Below are positions 38,730 through 50,597 of a DNA stretch of 64,000 nt, piece by piece; within the stretch, counting starts at the first letter, position 1, and each line of letters begins with the position of its first letter. Source of the DNA: Lama glama. Its lineage: Eukaryota. The notes beneath the pieces were generated by a model. That model ran no database searches, was not told the origin of the DNA, and was given only the letters and a program-made list of their open reading frames with translations. The stretch spans positions 25,420,001 through 25,484,000 of the forward strand of contig CM052839.1 in NCBI GenBank assembly GCA_028534125.1. The letters run 5' to 3'. Made by a program: the position numbers and the translations under genes.

Positions 38730-39120
38730 GGTATATATATCTTTTTATAAATCTGTATAGTTTAGTTTTCTGTCATTAAGCATGTAATGTTTATATTTCA
38801 TGTTAGGTTTCCCTAGGCCTTTTCCTGCAATCTGATACTTTCACAATCAGCTCTTCATTATTCAACTGATTTGAGCTTAAAAAGAGGTAAACTAATGTTA
38901 ACTAATTAGCACAATTAGATTAGAAAAAGAACTTTCCTACTATTAACCCATATAAAATACTGTATGTTTATACAATGAGCTTTGCTTTACAGTCTTCCTA
39001 GATTATCCCTAGATTTCCCTCTATATTACGTCCTGGATTCCTCTGATTCTTGCCTTTATTAGCACAGAAAATTGAAACCTCATTGTAATTATGTAATTGT
39101 GGGGGGAGAAGCCCGCTTAC

Positions 39121-39256
39121 CTATAGCTAGGGTCGCCATGGTGAATGGGATATGTATCCATAGAAACATTTTCCATTGAAATATCAGTAAGAAGAAGAGA
39201 CTTTCTATGTTTTAGGCTACAGCGACTTCGAACCTCCTCAGACACTGTGAGTAAAG
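39121..39256 (-). CDS. NF1: NF1 exon 50 (136 nt): LLTVSEEVRSRCSLKHRKSLLLTDISMENVSMDTYPIHHGDPSY
   Basis: polyT-ag acceptor, gtaagc donor. Confidence 0.96.
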
Positions 39257-40287
39257 CTAAAAAAAGAAAAAGAAGGAAGATTAAAACATTTAATAAATCA
39301 TAAGTGTGACTTAAAAGAGGATACACTTCTCACAAGCTCCTAAAGAGAATAACAGCTGTTAAACGTGCATGTAAAGAGCCTCGGAAGAGTATGAAGTTTA
39401 AGGATATAAAAAACACTTAGGACAGACTTGTTTATCATATTAGGTTTACAGTCTGTTTTGAAAGATTGTATGTAAACATGAAAGGTACAAAGAGATTTAA
39501 ACAGTACATTCTATTTGTCAAGTGCTTTAATGTACATTTGAACCCAACAAACACTAAAGGTAGGCAGAGCAGGACTATGAGGCCCATTTCTTGGATAAGG
39601 AAAAACACTCTGAAATATTAAATGACTTGCCCAAGGTTAAATGATTCAAACAAAAAAGTTGCCACAAACTAAAGTCTGCTAAACTGGGAGTCAGCACTTT
39701 CCATCAACAACTATGTTAACAAACTGTGTTATATGCGTAAGTGCTAAGTGTTGCTGAGTGGAGAAACACAGGTACTGGCAAAAGCAAATAGAGACGGTAT
39801 AATGGAATGATGGGGACGGGCAGACAGTCTAGGTAAAACAAATGACATCAAGAATGAATATGAAAGAGGCAGAAAGGCACTTCTAGGAGATGGCAAATGG
39901 ATTAGCTTAAAATAGCCCATCCATTTGGAGAGCTAATAAAAAATGAGGCCTATGAAATTTAGAGAAAGAGGACAGAATCAGGAGGGCTGCTTAACAGCCC
40001 AGAGTGCTAGGCTGAGACGTTCAGATTTTGACAGACAGTAGGGAACTACAGAGTGTCTTGAACCAAAGGTGACTAAGGAAATATATTTCATATTTAAACG
40101 CAAATTCTTTTATAAGGAAAAATGTTTTGGCAGAACTTTCCAAATTTTAACTAATACCATAGGACTGGACTGTGAACTTTCTATCCTACCAAGCAGCCAG
40201 CTACAGGACCCATAGGTGTTTGTACCTTTTTGGTGGTCTTTAGATATAGATGTGGTAAGATTAATTTTGTCTGTTTTGTGTTTTTAC

Positions 40288-40419
40288 CTGCCAAGTAAGC
40301 CACGCTCTGTGTATTCACCTCAAATTTGTCACAATTTCTATGTTTATTAACCAGAGTTAGTAGTGTATGCAAAATTCTGACTGTTCTTGCAACAATGGCA
40401 GGTGAAGGATGCCTGTATC
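40288..40419 (-). CDS. NF1: NF1 exon 49 (132 nt): YRHPSPAIVARTVRILHTLLTLVNKHRNCDKFEVNTQSVAYLA
   Basis: ttgtag acceptor, gtaaaa donor. Confidence 0.96.
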
Positions 40420-41978
40420 CTACAAAAGATGAAAACAAACAAGAAGTTAATTCATTCTTTCAGCAAGTATTTGCTGAATTCTTATTCTGTGACTAGCAAC
40501 TCTAAGGAAATGAAGTACATAAGGAGTAACTCCTGCCTTCTAAGAATAGCCATTTTGGAAGGTAAAATATATACATGTGAATAGTTAATTAATTACATAT
40601 GATTAAGCACCAAAAATGTGTAGAATAGAATAATGTTCCCTGTAACTCTAAGGTACCTCAGCAAGAGGGAAATTAGGAGAGATGATGGTGTTTCAGATCT
40701 TCTATTCCCTAAGCAGCACAGGGATTTTTAAAAAAGCCTATGTATTATAGTTCACCTTAAGATATCCTTTGAAAATAGGGTTCTATCACCTAAATTTCTT
40801 TTAATTAAAAGAAAAAGCCTAATGATATGGGAGTATATGCTCTCAGAGCGCAAAGAATCGAGTTGATTAGAGGGTAAGCTTGTTCTTTAGACAGCTTTTA
40901 ATCACTTACGCTACTCCATTTAAAACAAGGGATTTATACACTGAAAATATCTGGTATTCTTTTAGAAATACAGAATAAGCAAGCACTTTATCAGCCCAGC
41001 TGCAATCCCTCTTCTTGGTATCCTGCAGTAAGTGTAGTATCTTTGAGCAGTCCCTATTCACTATCGTGATTAAAACTGTCAATATTTTTTTGCAAAAATT
41101 TCATAAGGTGGTGAAATCAAATGTATATAGTGGGTGTATGTATACATATCAGGTAAAAACTGGGGGAACCTCCATGATCCCTCAAGCCTAACAATCATTT
41201 AAATTGATACAAAACTGTAGATTCAAGTTCTAGCTTGAGTCTCTGACTTTGACCAGATCTAGTGCTGCTTAAAACCACTGATTCATGCCTGCTCCTTATC
41301 CCAGGCCTTAGTTTACACTGCTTTTGCTTCTGACTCACCCCTATATGCCGCTCCTGTTAAATGCAGTCTTGTGCCATGACTGTCCCATGTTAATAAACAA
41401 AAGCTTACACATAGTGAGGTCAGCAGTAGGGAGTAAAGTTGGTCAGAGTGAACAAGCTGGCTCTGAGCAATAGCTGGAGACGACTGCTCTAAGTAATACA
41501 GAAATGTGGATGGGGGAGGATGGGGTACCAGAAAGGTGGGGGTCTATGGTATGTAATAATAGGACTGATCAACAATTAAATTAGTATACAAGTTAAGAAA
41601 ATCTGTCACCAAATCTCTAACATAACATCTTCTACTTGAGTTACTCAAATAACATTTATTGACTTGTAGTATGTCTTATTTTGATAACTAAAAAGATACT
41701 TAAGAAGCATTAACTAATAAACCAGCTATTAGAAAGTTCAGTCCTTAAACATTTTTATAAGAATCAACAACTCTTTTGCTTTTTAAAAGAAATCTGATAT
41801 TTGATGTGGAAACTAGGCTCTATTAAAATACATACTGCATGAAACATAACTCAGTAAGAGATCAGTTTGCATTTAAAGTAAGATATATGAGCCAAATTAT
41901 TTCAAGCAATCAATTGTTTTAGTTACTTCTGGCTTCTTGATACCATTTCATAAAACTACTCTGACACAAGGCCTCTAC

Positions 41979-42105
41979 CTTTTAAGAGGTGTCCAACCAG
42001 TGCGAAGTTAAAGTTAGAGTTGAAATTGAGTCCAACAAAATGATCCATTTGCTTGCAGTGCCATTCTAGAGGATTCCGGATTGCCATAAATACTTCCTCT
42101 GGACT
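41979..42105 (-). CDS. NF1: NF1 exon 48 (127 nt): [42 protein letters not shown]
   Basis: aatag acceptor, gtagag donor. Confidence 0.95.
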
Positions 42106-42805
42106 CTATTAAAAATAATCATAAGATGGTTGATGGGGTTCACACAGGAACTTTCCTCAAAGGATCACTCGTTGGTTTTTGATTGTGTTCAACAGCTATG
42201 ACAAGTTTAAGTAATCCTTTCAGGTTGAGAGAAATTATTTTCAGATGACTACAGAAAACCATAGAACATTTAAGGTACTACAAATAAACTAATGCAAGAC
42301 AGTCAAGCATAAAATATTAAGATGATGGAAGATAAAACAGCTTAAATGTCAAATAATGCAAAATAAATGTCAATTTAAATCCCACTGACTTTTTCAAAAA
42401 TTACAACTATTCTTGTTTTAAACAAAACCATCCACTGAATTGTAGCTGGCACTTTATGTACTATGGTGACTGAAAATTCAAGAGAACGAAGAGAATTCAT
42501 ACTTACCAAGTGCCTGCTATATACACCAACATTAGATGCGTTATTGTATTGAAATCTTAAAGCAATTCTATGCAGCAGGTGTTAGCTCCATTCTACAGAT
42601 TCATTCATTCACTTATTCATCCTTTTACTTTCCAAATATTTAAAGTTTTTGATGTGTCAGGCGTGGTTCTAGGCTCTGAAAATGTCAGTGAACTAAACAG
42701 ACAAAAAGTACTTGCCCTGATAGATTTTAAATTACAGTGTGGGAAAACAAGGAAATTGAAACTCAAAAATGCTATGTTACTTGCCCACTAAATTAAGATT
42801 TTTAA

Positions 42806-42990
42806 CAGTGTTTCCTCAAGTAGTGTGGTTCCAGGAATATCTGCTTTAAAGTCACTGATGATGCTTGTTTAAGGTGGAAAGTACTAGGTTCCATCTCAGA
42901 ATCATGGGAGGTGGGTAAGGCCCAGGAATTTGCATTTTTTGAAAAAAGAATCCCAGTGATTTCCTTATGAACAGAAAGTTTTTAAAGCAA
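42806..42990. mobile_element. MER5-like hAT element
   Basis: cagtgtttcctcaagt...ggcccaggaatttgcattttt...cccagtgattt. Confidence 0.6.
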
Positions 42991-43217
42991 AAGCTGAAGG
43001 TACTAGGGTCATGTTCAGGTCTGTCTAGATTTCTATCTCAAAGAAAGAAAAGCATGAGTATATAAAATAAATGGAGAGAGATGTTTAGATCAGCATTGTT
43101 TATAATAGGAAAGATGACAAACAAATCAAATGTTCATTAATGGGCAAATGGTTGAATAAATTGTGGTTCAGACATACTTTAAAATACTCTGCAGCCATGA
43201 GAAAGAATTATACACAC

Positions 43218-43281
43218 ATATATTTATGTGGGTGTGTATGTATGTGTATATACATATATATACACACCCACATAAATATAT
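43218..43281. repeat. 64-bp near-perfect palindrome (2 G-T mismatches)
   Basis: atatatttatgtgggtgtgtatgtatgtgtat|atacatatatatacacacccacataaatatat, centre 43249/43250. Confidence 0.9.
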
Positions 43282-43384
43282 ATGCTTAGAAAGATGTTCA
43301 CTTTATATTAAATAAAACAAGTTGATGCATATTATATAAATACTATATAAAATATTAACCTAGTATATGTTTAATTTATATATA

Positions 43385-43650
43385 TTTTTCAGCATTACTG
43401 AAGTATAATTCACAAATAAAATTGTAAGATATTTAAAGCATACAATGTGATGATTTGATACACATATACACGGTGAAAGGATTCCCCAATAAGTTAATAA
43501 ACACATCCATCACCTCACATATTTACAGCCCCTTGCTCTTTCTTGGTGAGAACATTTAAGTTCTACTCTCGGCAAATTTCACTTATACACCACAGCATTA
43601 TCAACTATAGTCATCAGATTATAACACAGATTCTCAGACCTTATTCATCT
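43385..43650 (-). mobile_element. L1MA-like 3' end
   Basis: tacaatgtgatgatttgatacacatatacac...acatccatcacctcacata...gagaacatttaag. Confidence 0.75.
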
Positions 43651-44355
43651 TTCATCCTGGTGACTTTTAACAAGCTTTATTAGCTCTGATTCCTAGTATC
43701 CTGGGGCACTTGGAGTCAACATTAGCTTCTGCTAATGGGCTACTCTGGCAATGAAAATGCCAAGGCAGATAGCCCTAGATAAACACTTCATTTACAAATA
43801 TTCTTATAGTCACACAAATGGCCAAAGCCAGCTATCTGACCACCACTGCCCTAAGACAGCCTCAGAAAAGGGCAATGGGGATTAGGAAAGAGAAGGTCTA
43901 GTCCCAAACACGAACAAGTTACTTTATTTCTTTGTTCTTTCCTATCTTGTAAAATGGAGGTCTGACTGATAAACTTCAAGGTAGCTTCTACCTCTAGAAT
44001 TTTGTTTCCACAGTTCCCAGAGCCCCAGCTGCTCTGTGTCTACGCTGTCTCTGGCAGACTGAACAAACAATGCTTAGACAGGTATCTTTACACTCAAAAC
44101 CACACTCTGGTTCTGTTTCTTTCTACCCATAAGCTGTTAATTTCACTTGAAATCTCTTGCTATACACACATGTCTATTTTAAAGTCCTCTCTTTTCTCCT
44201 AGACTCTTCCCATTTGTTTCTCCAAAGACAAAAGGAATACAATTTCTTACTGCTACATTCCCTCCACTATACTCTGTGAAACAAAATCCAACCTCAATCA
44301 AGGCTGAAAAGTGTTAAGAGGAGTGGTGGTAGTATCTTTTAAAGTAGGATTAAGC

Positions 44356-44501
44356 TTGGGGCAGGGCATAGCTCAGTGATAGAGCACATCCTTAGAATGC
44401 ACAAGGTCCTGGGTTCCATCCCCAGTACCTTCATTAAAAAAATTTTTTAAATAAATAAATAAACCTAACTACCCACCCAAAATAAAAATAAAAATAAAAA
44501 T
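44356..44501 (+). mobile_element. tRNA-derived SINE (camelid Vic-1-like) with TSD
   Basis: A box tagctcagtgata, B box ggttccatccc, AAAT/AAAAAT tail; TSD aaagt(a/g)ggattaagc at 44341-44355 and 44502-44516. Confidence 0.85.
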
Positions 44502-45028
44502 AAAGTGGGATTAAGCAAACAAAAAACTTGTATAATTAAGTATCCAAAAGTTTCCTTTAGACCCTCCAACCTCCTTATCAGCTTCTAATTATACCTACTT
44601 TTCATTAAGTGCCAAAAATCTAAAAATAAGCTGACTTTTATTGAATTATTTCTTCATATATGAAGTGAAATGGAGGGTGGAGAATGTTAACCTTTACCTT
44701 TGGGTTATGAATTTACAAATAACGAACATACAGTACATAGTACAGCACAGGGCCTCACATGATAGCTGTTACTACTACTCAATATTTTTATCCTTACTTT
44801 GTTTACTAATATTGGGTAAGTACTGTTTTATTGCTATTTTTTAATGGAAAATATGCCAAGTTTAAACAATTTTTATGAGCTGGTAAGGAACTATACTCAC
44901 AATAAGTTGCATTACAGAAATTCATATTTAAGTTATGGACCTCTTCTGATTTTAAAGGACAACAACAATAAAAGAAGGAGGAGTTCAAATCTGTATACTT
45001 TAGAAATACCAACTGAAAGCTTGTCTAC

Positions 45029-45169
45029 CTTGTCATTGAATATCCGGAGACTGTCCAAGGTGTGCAGGTTTTGTTCCAGAAGTGCGGTGCCTGCTGAATA
45101 CAAGTTGACCTCATCGAGCTGCAGCACGGCCACAGCTACCCAAAAGAGGGCTTTGTGCAGAGGGGAGTC
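45029..45169 (-). CDS. NF1: NF1 exon 47 (141 nt): [47 protein letters not shown]
   Basis: tgccag acceptor, gtagac donor. Confidence 0.96.
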
Positions 45170-45949
45170 CTGGCAAGGGAGACACACGCCAGGTTAGCAT
45201 GACGAACCACAAACAGTCTTGTCAAAACACACTGCAGTATAAAACAAATCATGTTATCCCCCAAATTACGTGTGTTCTCTCTTTCGGAGAAGGTAAATAC
45301 ATAGGTAAGCTCTTCCTCTATTCCATATGTGTAACTAAAGACACTGTTAGCCAGGTTTAGAACCTTGTCATCTCCTTTGATTGCTCCCTATTTTTTGATT
45401 CTAAGATCTGGTCACTAAGTTTTATTGATTCTTCCAAAGTAGGTTCTTTTGTATCTGCTTATTGCTAATGACACTATGCTGTGCCAACCTTCTTTATTCT
45501 AAATATGGACACTTCCTACCTCCAGTTTCTCTCTCCTCCAATCCTCCTGTGTACACCACCCCCACAATGATCCTTCTAAGTCCGACTTTTGCCAAGATTA
45601 CTCATCTGCTTGAAAACATACAGGTACATTTCCAAACTCCCTTTGTGAAGAATGTTGAATGTTAGATTAGTTCTATCCAGTCTTTACAATCTTCCCTCTC
45701 ACTATTCTCCTGAAAAATTTCTCTGTAACAACCAGAATGGCCTACCCACCACCCCTCCACTGTTCCAGCATTCTAGCATACTCTACGGCTGTATATCTAC
45801 TGCTCAAGGCTTTCTCCCTTTCTCTACACTAAATACCACCTGTCTCTAACTGTAGCTTAAACTCTACCCCTTCAACTTTCTTCTCACCCTTACTAGTATA
45901 AGTCATCTCTTGCTGGTCTGAATTAAAAATATTTATTTTGGGGAACCCT

Positions 45950-46130
45950 TATTTAGCAGTGTGGTATATGGGAAAACACAGACTTTGGAGTCAGACAGCC
46001 TTGGATTAGAATCATGGTTCTCTGTCTTTAAGTATATGACCTTGGACAAGTAATGGAACCCTTCTGAGCCTCACTTTACACTTACAAGGTGAAGATGAGA
46101 GAACCATTTTGTACAATCTACGATTAACAT
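45950..46130 (+). mobile_element. MIR SINE
   Basis: gactttggagtcagacagcc...tgaccttggacaagt...tctgagcctca. Confidence 0.7.
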
Positions 46131-46877
46131 ATTTGCAGAACACACACTACCAGGAACATACAAGTACTTACTTCTCCATAATCTCTCTCAAGTCTGTCCT
46201 GTCTCTGTGCTCAGTTCACACAGTACAACCTTAGAGCTAGAAGATAACAGTACACCACCACACAGTCTATTTTACTCCTTTTAAAAACGTGATATCTAGG
46301 CATGTTAAATGACCTGCTTGAGGTCACAAAGCTGACATGAGCTCAGACCATCCTAAAACAGTGGCTGTATCATCGTATTCCTTTTAGTTTAGCACCCAAA
46401 CTCTTTTGATTATCAGGGATACTTTACCCAGCTTTTCATTTCTCCACAATAATAGTCACAAACTGACATATCATGAATTTTCCTCACTTCGTTTACTATC
46501 TAGCCACTCCCCAACTCCCACATTCACCCCAGAATGAAAGCTCCATGAGGGCAGTAATACATCTCTAGCACCTAGAACAGTACTTGGCACATAGCAGATA
46601 CTCAATTAGTACTTACTGGATAAAAGAATTAGGAATATACACCTGTCTTTCCATTAGCACTGATGACAAAACACAAGCATTTGAGAATATACTCTCCATA
46701 CCCAATCTTCCTCTTAAGTAAATACTTCAAACAACTAACTTTTAAAGCAAGAAGTTCTACTTTAACTGTAGTTTTTTCTTTATAACTTCTCAATTCATCT
46801 TATTTTCTTACTATTTGAAAGAAAATAACATTTAACACTGATACCCAAAACAAATGCACTCATTTTCTAGTAATTAC

Positions 46878-46979
46878 CTTATTAAGAAGTGGTTGTAATT
46901 TGGTTAGTGCTATTACTGTAGCTTCTATCAGAACTTGACTGTTGTAAGTATCAGGTCCTTTTAAGCAACTCTCAAGCGC
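46878..46979 (-). CDS. NF1: NF1 exon 46 (102 nt): [34 protein letters not shown]
   Basis: ccctaaaag acceptor, gtaatt donor. Confidence 0.95.
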
Positions 46980-47526
46980 CTTTTAGGGAAAGAGAATTCT
47001 TTATTTTACTTTCATTGAAATAAAACATTAACTCCTAAACTGAGTCTCAGAATTAGTCCAGGGACAATTCTGTATTTGATAAGTGTGAGAATTATTTCTA
47101 ATGCTGTGGTGATTTTGGTAGTTAGATCAATGCACATTTGGGTTCTTATTTTTAAATATTTCTATACTATATCCTAATATAGTATCAGGCATTATTATAG
47201 TAATTGCAAGTTACATAATATTGTGTAAGGCTAGTCTTACCATCTAGTTTTATAATAAAATATTAAGAGTACCTTCTACCAAAAGAAATGTTCATTTTCT
47301 TTTTAAGGTATCTTCTCTAGAGAGGTTTCCTCACTTCAAAGAATTATAATAAAGAAAACAAAACAAAAAAAGAACTATAATAAAGAAAATAACCAAAACC
47401 TATTTTTTAAAGGTTCAATAAGCAACACACAAAACATTTTATTAAATTTAAATTTAAATGTCCCTTAGAAAATTCAAGATATGCTTTAGGGAACCAAAAA
47501 TATTTGGGAGGAGATGGGGGAGGTAC

Positions 47527-47641
47527 CTTGCTAAGAATTCGGATAATCTGCTTTATCTGCCCATGAGACACTCGTTTGCTAATACAGCCAAAGACAACTA
47601 GAGCTCTTGGTTGCAGGGATGGATTATACTGGAATGCAAAT
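47527..47641 (-). CDS. NF1: NF1 exon 45 (115 nt): [38 protein letters not shown]
   Basis: tcgcag acceptor, gtacct donor. Confidence 0.95.
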
Positions 47642-47784
47642 CTGCGATTAAAAGATCCAAAGTGCTTATGAAAATCTTTGTTTATATATATGTAGATTAA
47701 AAAAATTAAAATGTTGATTATGCAGTAATAGCTACCTTTTCAACAATACCATACTTTTACAACTTAAATTTATTTGGGACATAC

Positions 47785-47846
47785 CTTTGAGCTAGTTCTG
47801 TCCACTGGTCCAGCCACTTGCATGTTGGAATATCTCTCATACATGC
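47785..47846 (-). CDS. NF1: NF1 exon 44 (62 nt): ACMRDIPTCKWLDQWTELAQ
   Basis: tttag acceptor, gtatgt donor. Confidence 0.95.
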
Positions 47847-48082
47847 CTAAAAAAAGGACACTCTGAATATATTTATGTATATAAGTGTTTACAGAAACAT
47901 TTTAAAATGTTTATTACAATGGCATTAAATACATGACATATATAGTACCAATAAACACATTCCACGGAGTGTCTTTATTTAAGCATTAAATGCAAAACAG
48001 CTGAAAAATCAGTATTTCTTCTATACAGTTCCAGGAGATTTTTAAAAATGACCTTAGTGTCTTATCATTTTCCCATCTGTAC

Positions 48083-48297
48083 CTCCATGATCTCCAGCNN
48101 NNNNNNNNNNNNNNNNNNNNNNNNNNNNNNNNNNNNNNNNNNNNNNNNNNNNNNNNNNNNNNNNNNNNNNNNNNNNNNNNNNNNNNNNNNNNNNNNNNNN
48201 NNNNNNNNNNNNNNNNNNNNNNNNNNNNNNNNNNNNNNNNNNNNNNNNNNNNNNNNNNNNNNNNNNNNNNNNNNNNNNNNNNNNNNNNNNNNNNNNN
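48083..48297 (-). CDS. NF1: NF1 exon 43 (mostly N): ...LEIME
   Basis: Visible end GCTGGAGATCATGGAG|gtacag; start inferred from the 215-nt length, inside N-run 48099-48302. Confidence 0.85.
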
Positions 48298-48761
48298 NNN
48301 NNACAGAAAAAAGGAACAGGGCAAGACTTTAAAGATACTAATTTTAAAATTCCAAAGTGCCATATTTCACTTCGAATTTAGAAAATTTGAATATCATACC
48401 AAAATTACGTAACAATGCTCCCTAAATCAACCCTCTGGATACATTAGCTTAATGCTCATTGCTTTCGCTCCTTTTATCTACAAATCTGTGCTAGAACGCA
48501 ACACTGTCAACTGGTGCTGCGTCTTTAGCTTGCATGGTAGCTACTAGAGTCTACGTGACAAACATGCACGGAACATCTTTTGCTATGGCTCGAGACAGAA
48601 TGGAAGTAATTCATTCTTTTCCTTTTTGTTAATAGTTCATGTCACTACCATAGGCTTGGTGTTACGGCACCATAATAAATAATACGGTAATCTATGCCAA
48701 TCAGGTGGTGTAAAACGGAGAAAGGAGCTGGTGAACCACAAACTGCTTTCCTGGAACTTAC

Positions 48762-49041
48762 CACTAAAATGAAGCTGTGAACAAGTACACAGAGAGTGAA
48801 TGATATTAATGACCAATCCATGCGTGGAAGCTCTAAGGGAGAGTGGCCCTGTGGCTACTAAGAAAGTAACAACATGGAAGAGGTAGGGGAGGTGAGCTGC
48901 TACATCAAGGGAGTTGTTGAAGGACAGCATGAGCATGTAGCGTGCTAGAATGGCGATATCGTCCCACATAAGATGCTGTTCTAAAGTCGGCGTTGGAGAT
49001 AAGCACGTCTTGTCAATTATTTTGCACATCCTTCCAATAAC
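48762..49041 (-). CDS. NF1: NF1 exon 42 (280 nt): VIGRMCKIIDKTCLSPTPTLEQHLMWDDIAILARYML...CTCSQLHFS
   Basis: ttacag acceptor, gtaagt donor; ORF 48637-49095. Confidence 0.97.
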
Positions 49042-49205
49042 CTGTAAAGAAGCAGAATTTTTTAAAATGTGGGAGCTAAAAAAGAGTTTTACCACACAAA
49101 AAAATTCAGTTTAACTTTAAAATGACTTGTCACAAAACTAAAAACCTCCGGATAATAAAAACAGATACCTCAAGCCAGTCCGGAAGGCAAAAGAAAAGTG
49201 ATTAC

Positions 49206-49346
49206 CTTGCTTGAAACCAGTTTCACATTTCCAGAAGCCAAAGCTACAGCAGTATCTGCCATCACCTCAGCTTTTATGGATCCCAAGCCACCTGTTGCAC
49301 TAGTTTTGATGAAACTGTCCAGTACAACATCAAGGAGGTCTGTAAT
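49206..49346 (-). CDS. NF1: NF1 exon 41 (141 nt): ITDLLDVVLDSFIKTSATGGLGSIKAEVMADTAVALASGNVKLVSSK
   Basis: tactag acceptor, gtaatc donor. Confidence 0.96.
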
Positions 49347-50006
49347 CTAGTAGAAGAGGGAAAAATAACTTATGTTTTAGCCATTCTACCAACTTAATTC
49401 TTAACTTCAAGGAGCAGCCCAATCAACATGAAAATTCTATTTTACCTGCAGCCTCCATAATACTAGGCTTTGTTTAGAGATTTGTCAGTAGATACAATTT
49501 ATCATAAAACATCCAGAAAAGGGTGAGAATAGTCACTGAATTCCTTCAGAGATTAAGAGACTGGAATTCAAAAATTTTAAATCTCTACATATATTATTTT
49601 CACTCACTTTTAAAGCACCCCTGTTCTCTTCTTAGACGGTAATGTATGAGCAATATAAAGTACAATTATTTTAAATTATAGGAAATGACATCAAGTACTG
49701 AGATGTTTTGTAGAGCTATAGAACTGGCTCCAAGGTCATTTAAAATTATTTGGAGGATTTGCAGCACTGTTTGAATAAGGATATTGCTTCCTTAAGTGAT
49801 TACCTTGAAAAAATGACTCTTGTCAGATAAAAAATAAATTGCTACATTAACTATTTTAATATTGGCGTTCTTGTGCTAGAACAGATGTCCCAAATAACAT
49901 CATTAACATTTACTGACACCTATGGTATATAAAGTACTAGAATATACCAACCATAACACACTATTCACTAGAAAAAAAATCAGATTCTTACAGTAGAATT
50001 CTACAT

Positions 50007-50150
50007 GCAGCCGCCCCTTGGTATCCTTGCAGGTTAGTTCCAGGATCCCCATGGATACTAAATTCTGCAGATACTCAAGTCCCTTACATAAAAAATGGCC
50101 TAGTGCAGTTGGCCGACAGCACCTGTGGGTCTGCACATAAAGAAGTCTGG
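50007..50150. mobile_element. MER2-like TcMar-Tigger fragment
   Basis: cagccgccccttggtatcc...ttccaggatcccc.atggatactaaattctgcagatactcaagtccctta. Confidence 0.7.
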
Positions 50151-50403
50151 GACAACCATAATTATGCATGCCATAGAGAAGAGTGTGAAAGTAATTAGTT
50201 TTTCTCTGGCTCTGAGACATGCATCACACATCTACAATTTTGAACCAGATCAAGAATTCGGTGGGTGACTGCATGCTTTCAGAAAGAGGGGACTGTCTTT
50301 TCTATATAGCTATATCCCTAGCCCAGTGCTTTGCACAAACTGGGCATCAGATAAATACCTGCACCAAGGCTGTACTAGATAAAGATCTGAGCAAATTCAA
50401 TAC

Positions 50404-50597
50404 CTGCCCAAGGCTCCCCCATATTTTTGCTTGAATAGATGGATACATCTGTTTCTCGTTTATGGTCATTGTTATCAGTTTATCAAGAATCGCGGTAACC
50501 CTTTGTCGTTTGGCATCATCATTGTGCTTACAAAAGCGTACTAGATTCGACAGCCATGGAGTCATGTATTCCAAACAAAGATGTTTCAATTCAATAC
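50404..50597 (-). CDS. NF1: NF1 exon 40 (194 nt): IELKHLCLEYMTPWLSNLVRFCKHNDDAKRQRVTAILDKLITMTINEKQMYPSIQAKIWGSLGQ
   Basis: cctcag acceptor, gtattg donor. Confidence 0.97.

Noticed and set aside
44358-44430. tRNA-like sequence
   Set aside because: Degenerate, with A-rich tail and TSD: a SINE, not a tRNA gene
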